Positions 33,861-34,158 of a stretch of DNA of 34,158 nucleotides are shown here, one piece after another. The stretch spans positions 1-34,158 of the IMG/VR virus record IMGVR_UViG_3300038530_003368, one strand, 5' to 3'. A program made the translations under genes and the position numbers. The notes below the pieces were generated by a model. It saw only the letters and a program-made list of their open reading frames with translations, made no database searches and was not told the DNA's origin. How positions within the stretch are numbered: position 1 is the first letter of the stretch; the number at the start of each line of letters is the position of its first letter. The stretch comes from a virus. Its lineage: Duplodnaviria; Caudoviricetes.

Positions 33861-34158
33861 ATGAAAACTTACAAATCAAGTTACAAATCGGTTCCTATGG
33901 TAGTATCTATCATCGGTTCCAAGTCGCGCAAATCAATGTTCATTGTCAATCCAACTTCGTTGGACGGCAAGAAACAGTACAAGAACAAATGGATACCAAT
34001 CTCATGGAACGAGTCTGGTACCACGCAACGTACTATTGAATGGAAACACCATTCACAATCATATGTAGAGTTTCCACAAAACCTCATCACTGAATCTATG
34101 GTCATTGACGATTACAACACTCGTAATGTATCCAACTTCAAATCACGTTTGGTTGACG
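33861..34158 (+). CDS. Divergent (probably early) hypothetical gene, truncated by window edge
   Basis: Open from ATG 33861 (MKTYKSSYKSVPMVVSIIGSKSRKSMFIVNP...) to the window end; AT-rich leader TTAATTTAAATTTTATATT like those of the other genes. Confidence 0.7.
   Translation, partial: MKTYKSSYKSVPMVVSIIGSKSRKSMFIVNPTSLDGKKQYKNKWIPISWNESGTTQRTIEWKHHSQSYVEFPQNLITESMVIDDYNTRNVSNFKSRLVD

Noticed and set aside
33881-34105. 74 aa - strand ORF
   Set aside because: Antisense to the better-supported + strand gene starting at 33861

Overview
This window is part of an AT-rich tailed dsDNA phage genome. Nearly all genes lie on the - strand and form the late/virion region. In transcription order these are: GroEL, a small ORF and GroES; an HTH protein; a tightly coupled array of tiny Lys/Arg-rich genes; a secreted/membrane module (TM coiled coil, Cys-less thioredoxin fold, predicted outer-membrane beta-barrel, lipoprotein) running into an M15 endolysin and a holin; four tail fibre/spike genes; an orphan nucleotidyltransferase-like gene; a tandem GroES-like gene; then TerS candidate, TerL, portal, scaffold, major capsid protein and short-tail (ring/stabilisation) proteins. 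The head-tail order resembles crAss-like/phi14:2-like podoviruses (inference). A Bacteroidota host is inferred from repeated TAnnTTTG promoter elements, AT-rich start regions without Shine-Dalgarno sites, and signal peptides cleaved before Gln. At the right end, an ~840 bp non-coding, hairpin-dense region separates the late genes from a divergent + strand gene. All protein calls come from motif recognition and synteny; no database search was run.
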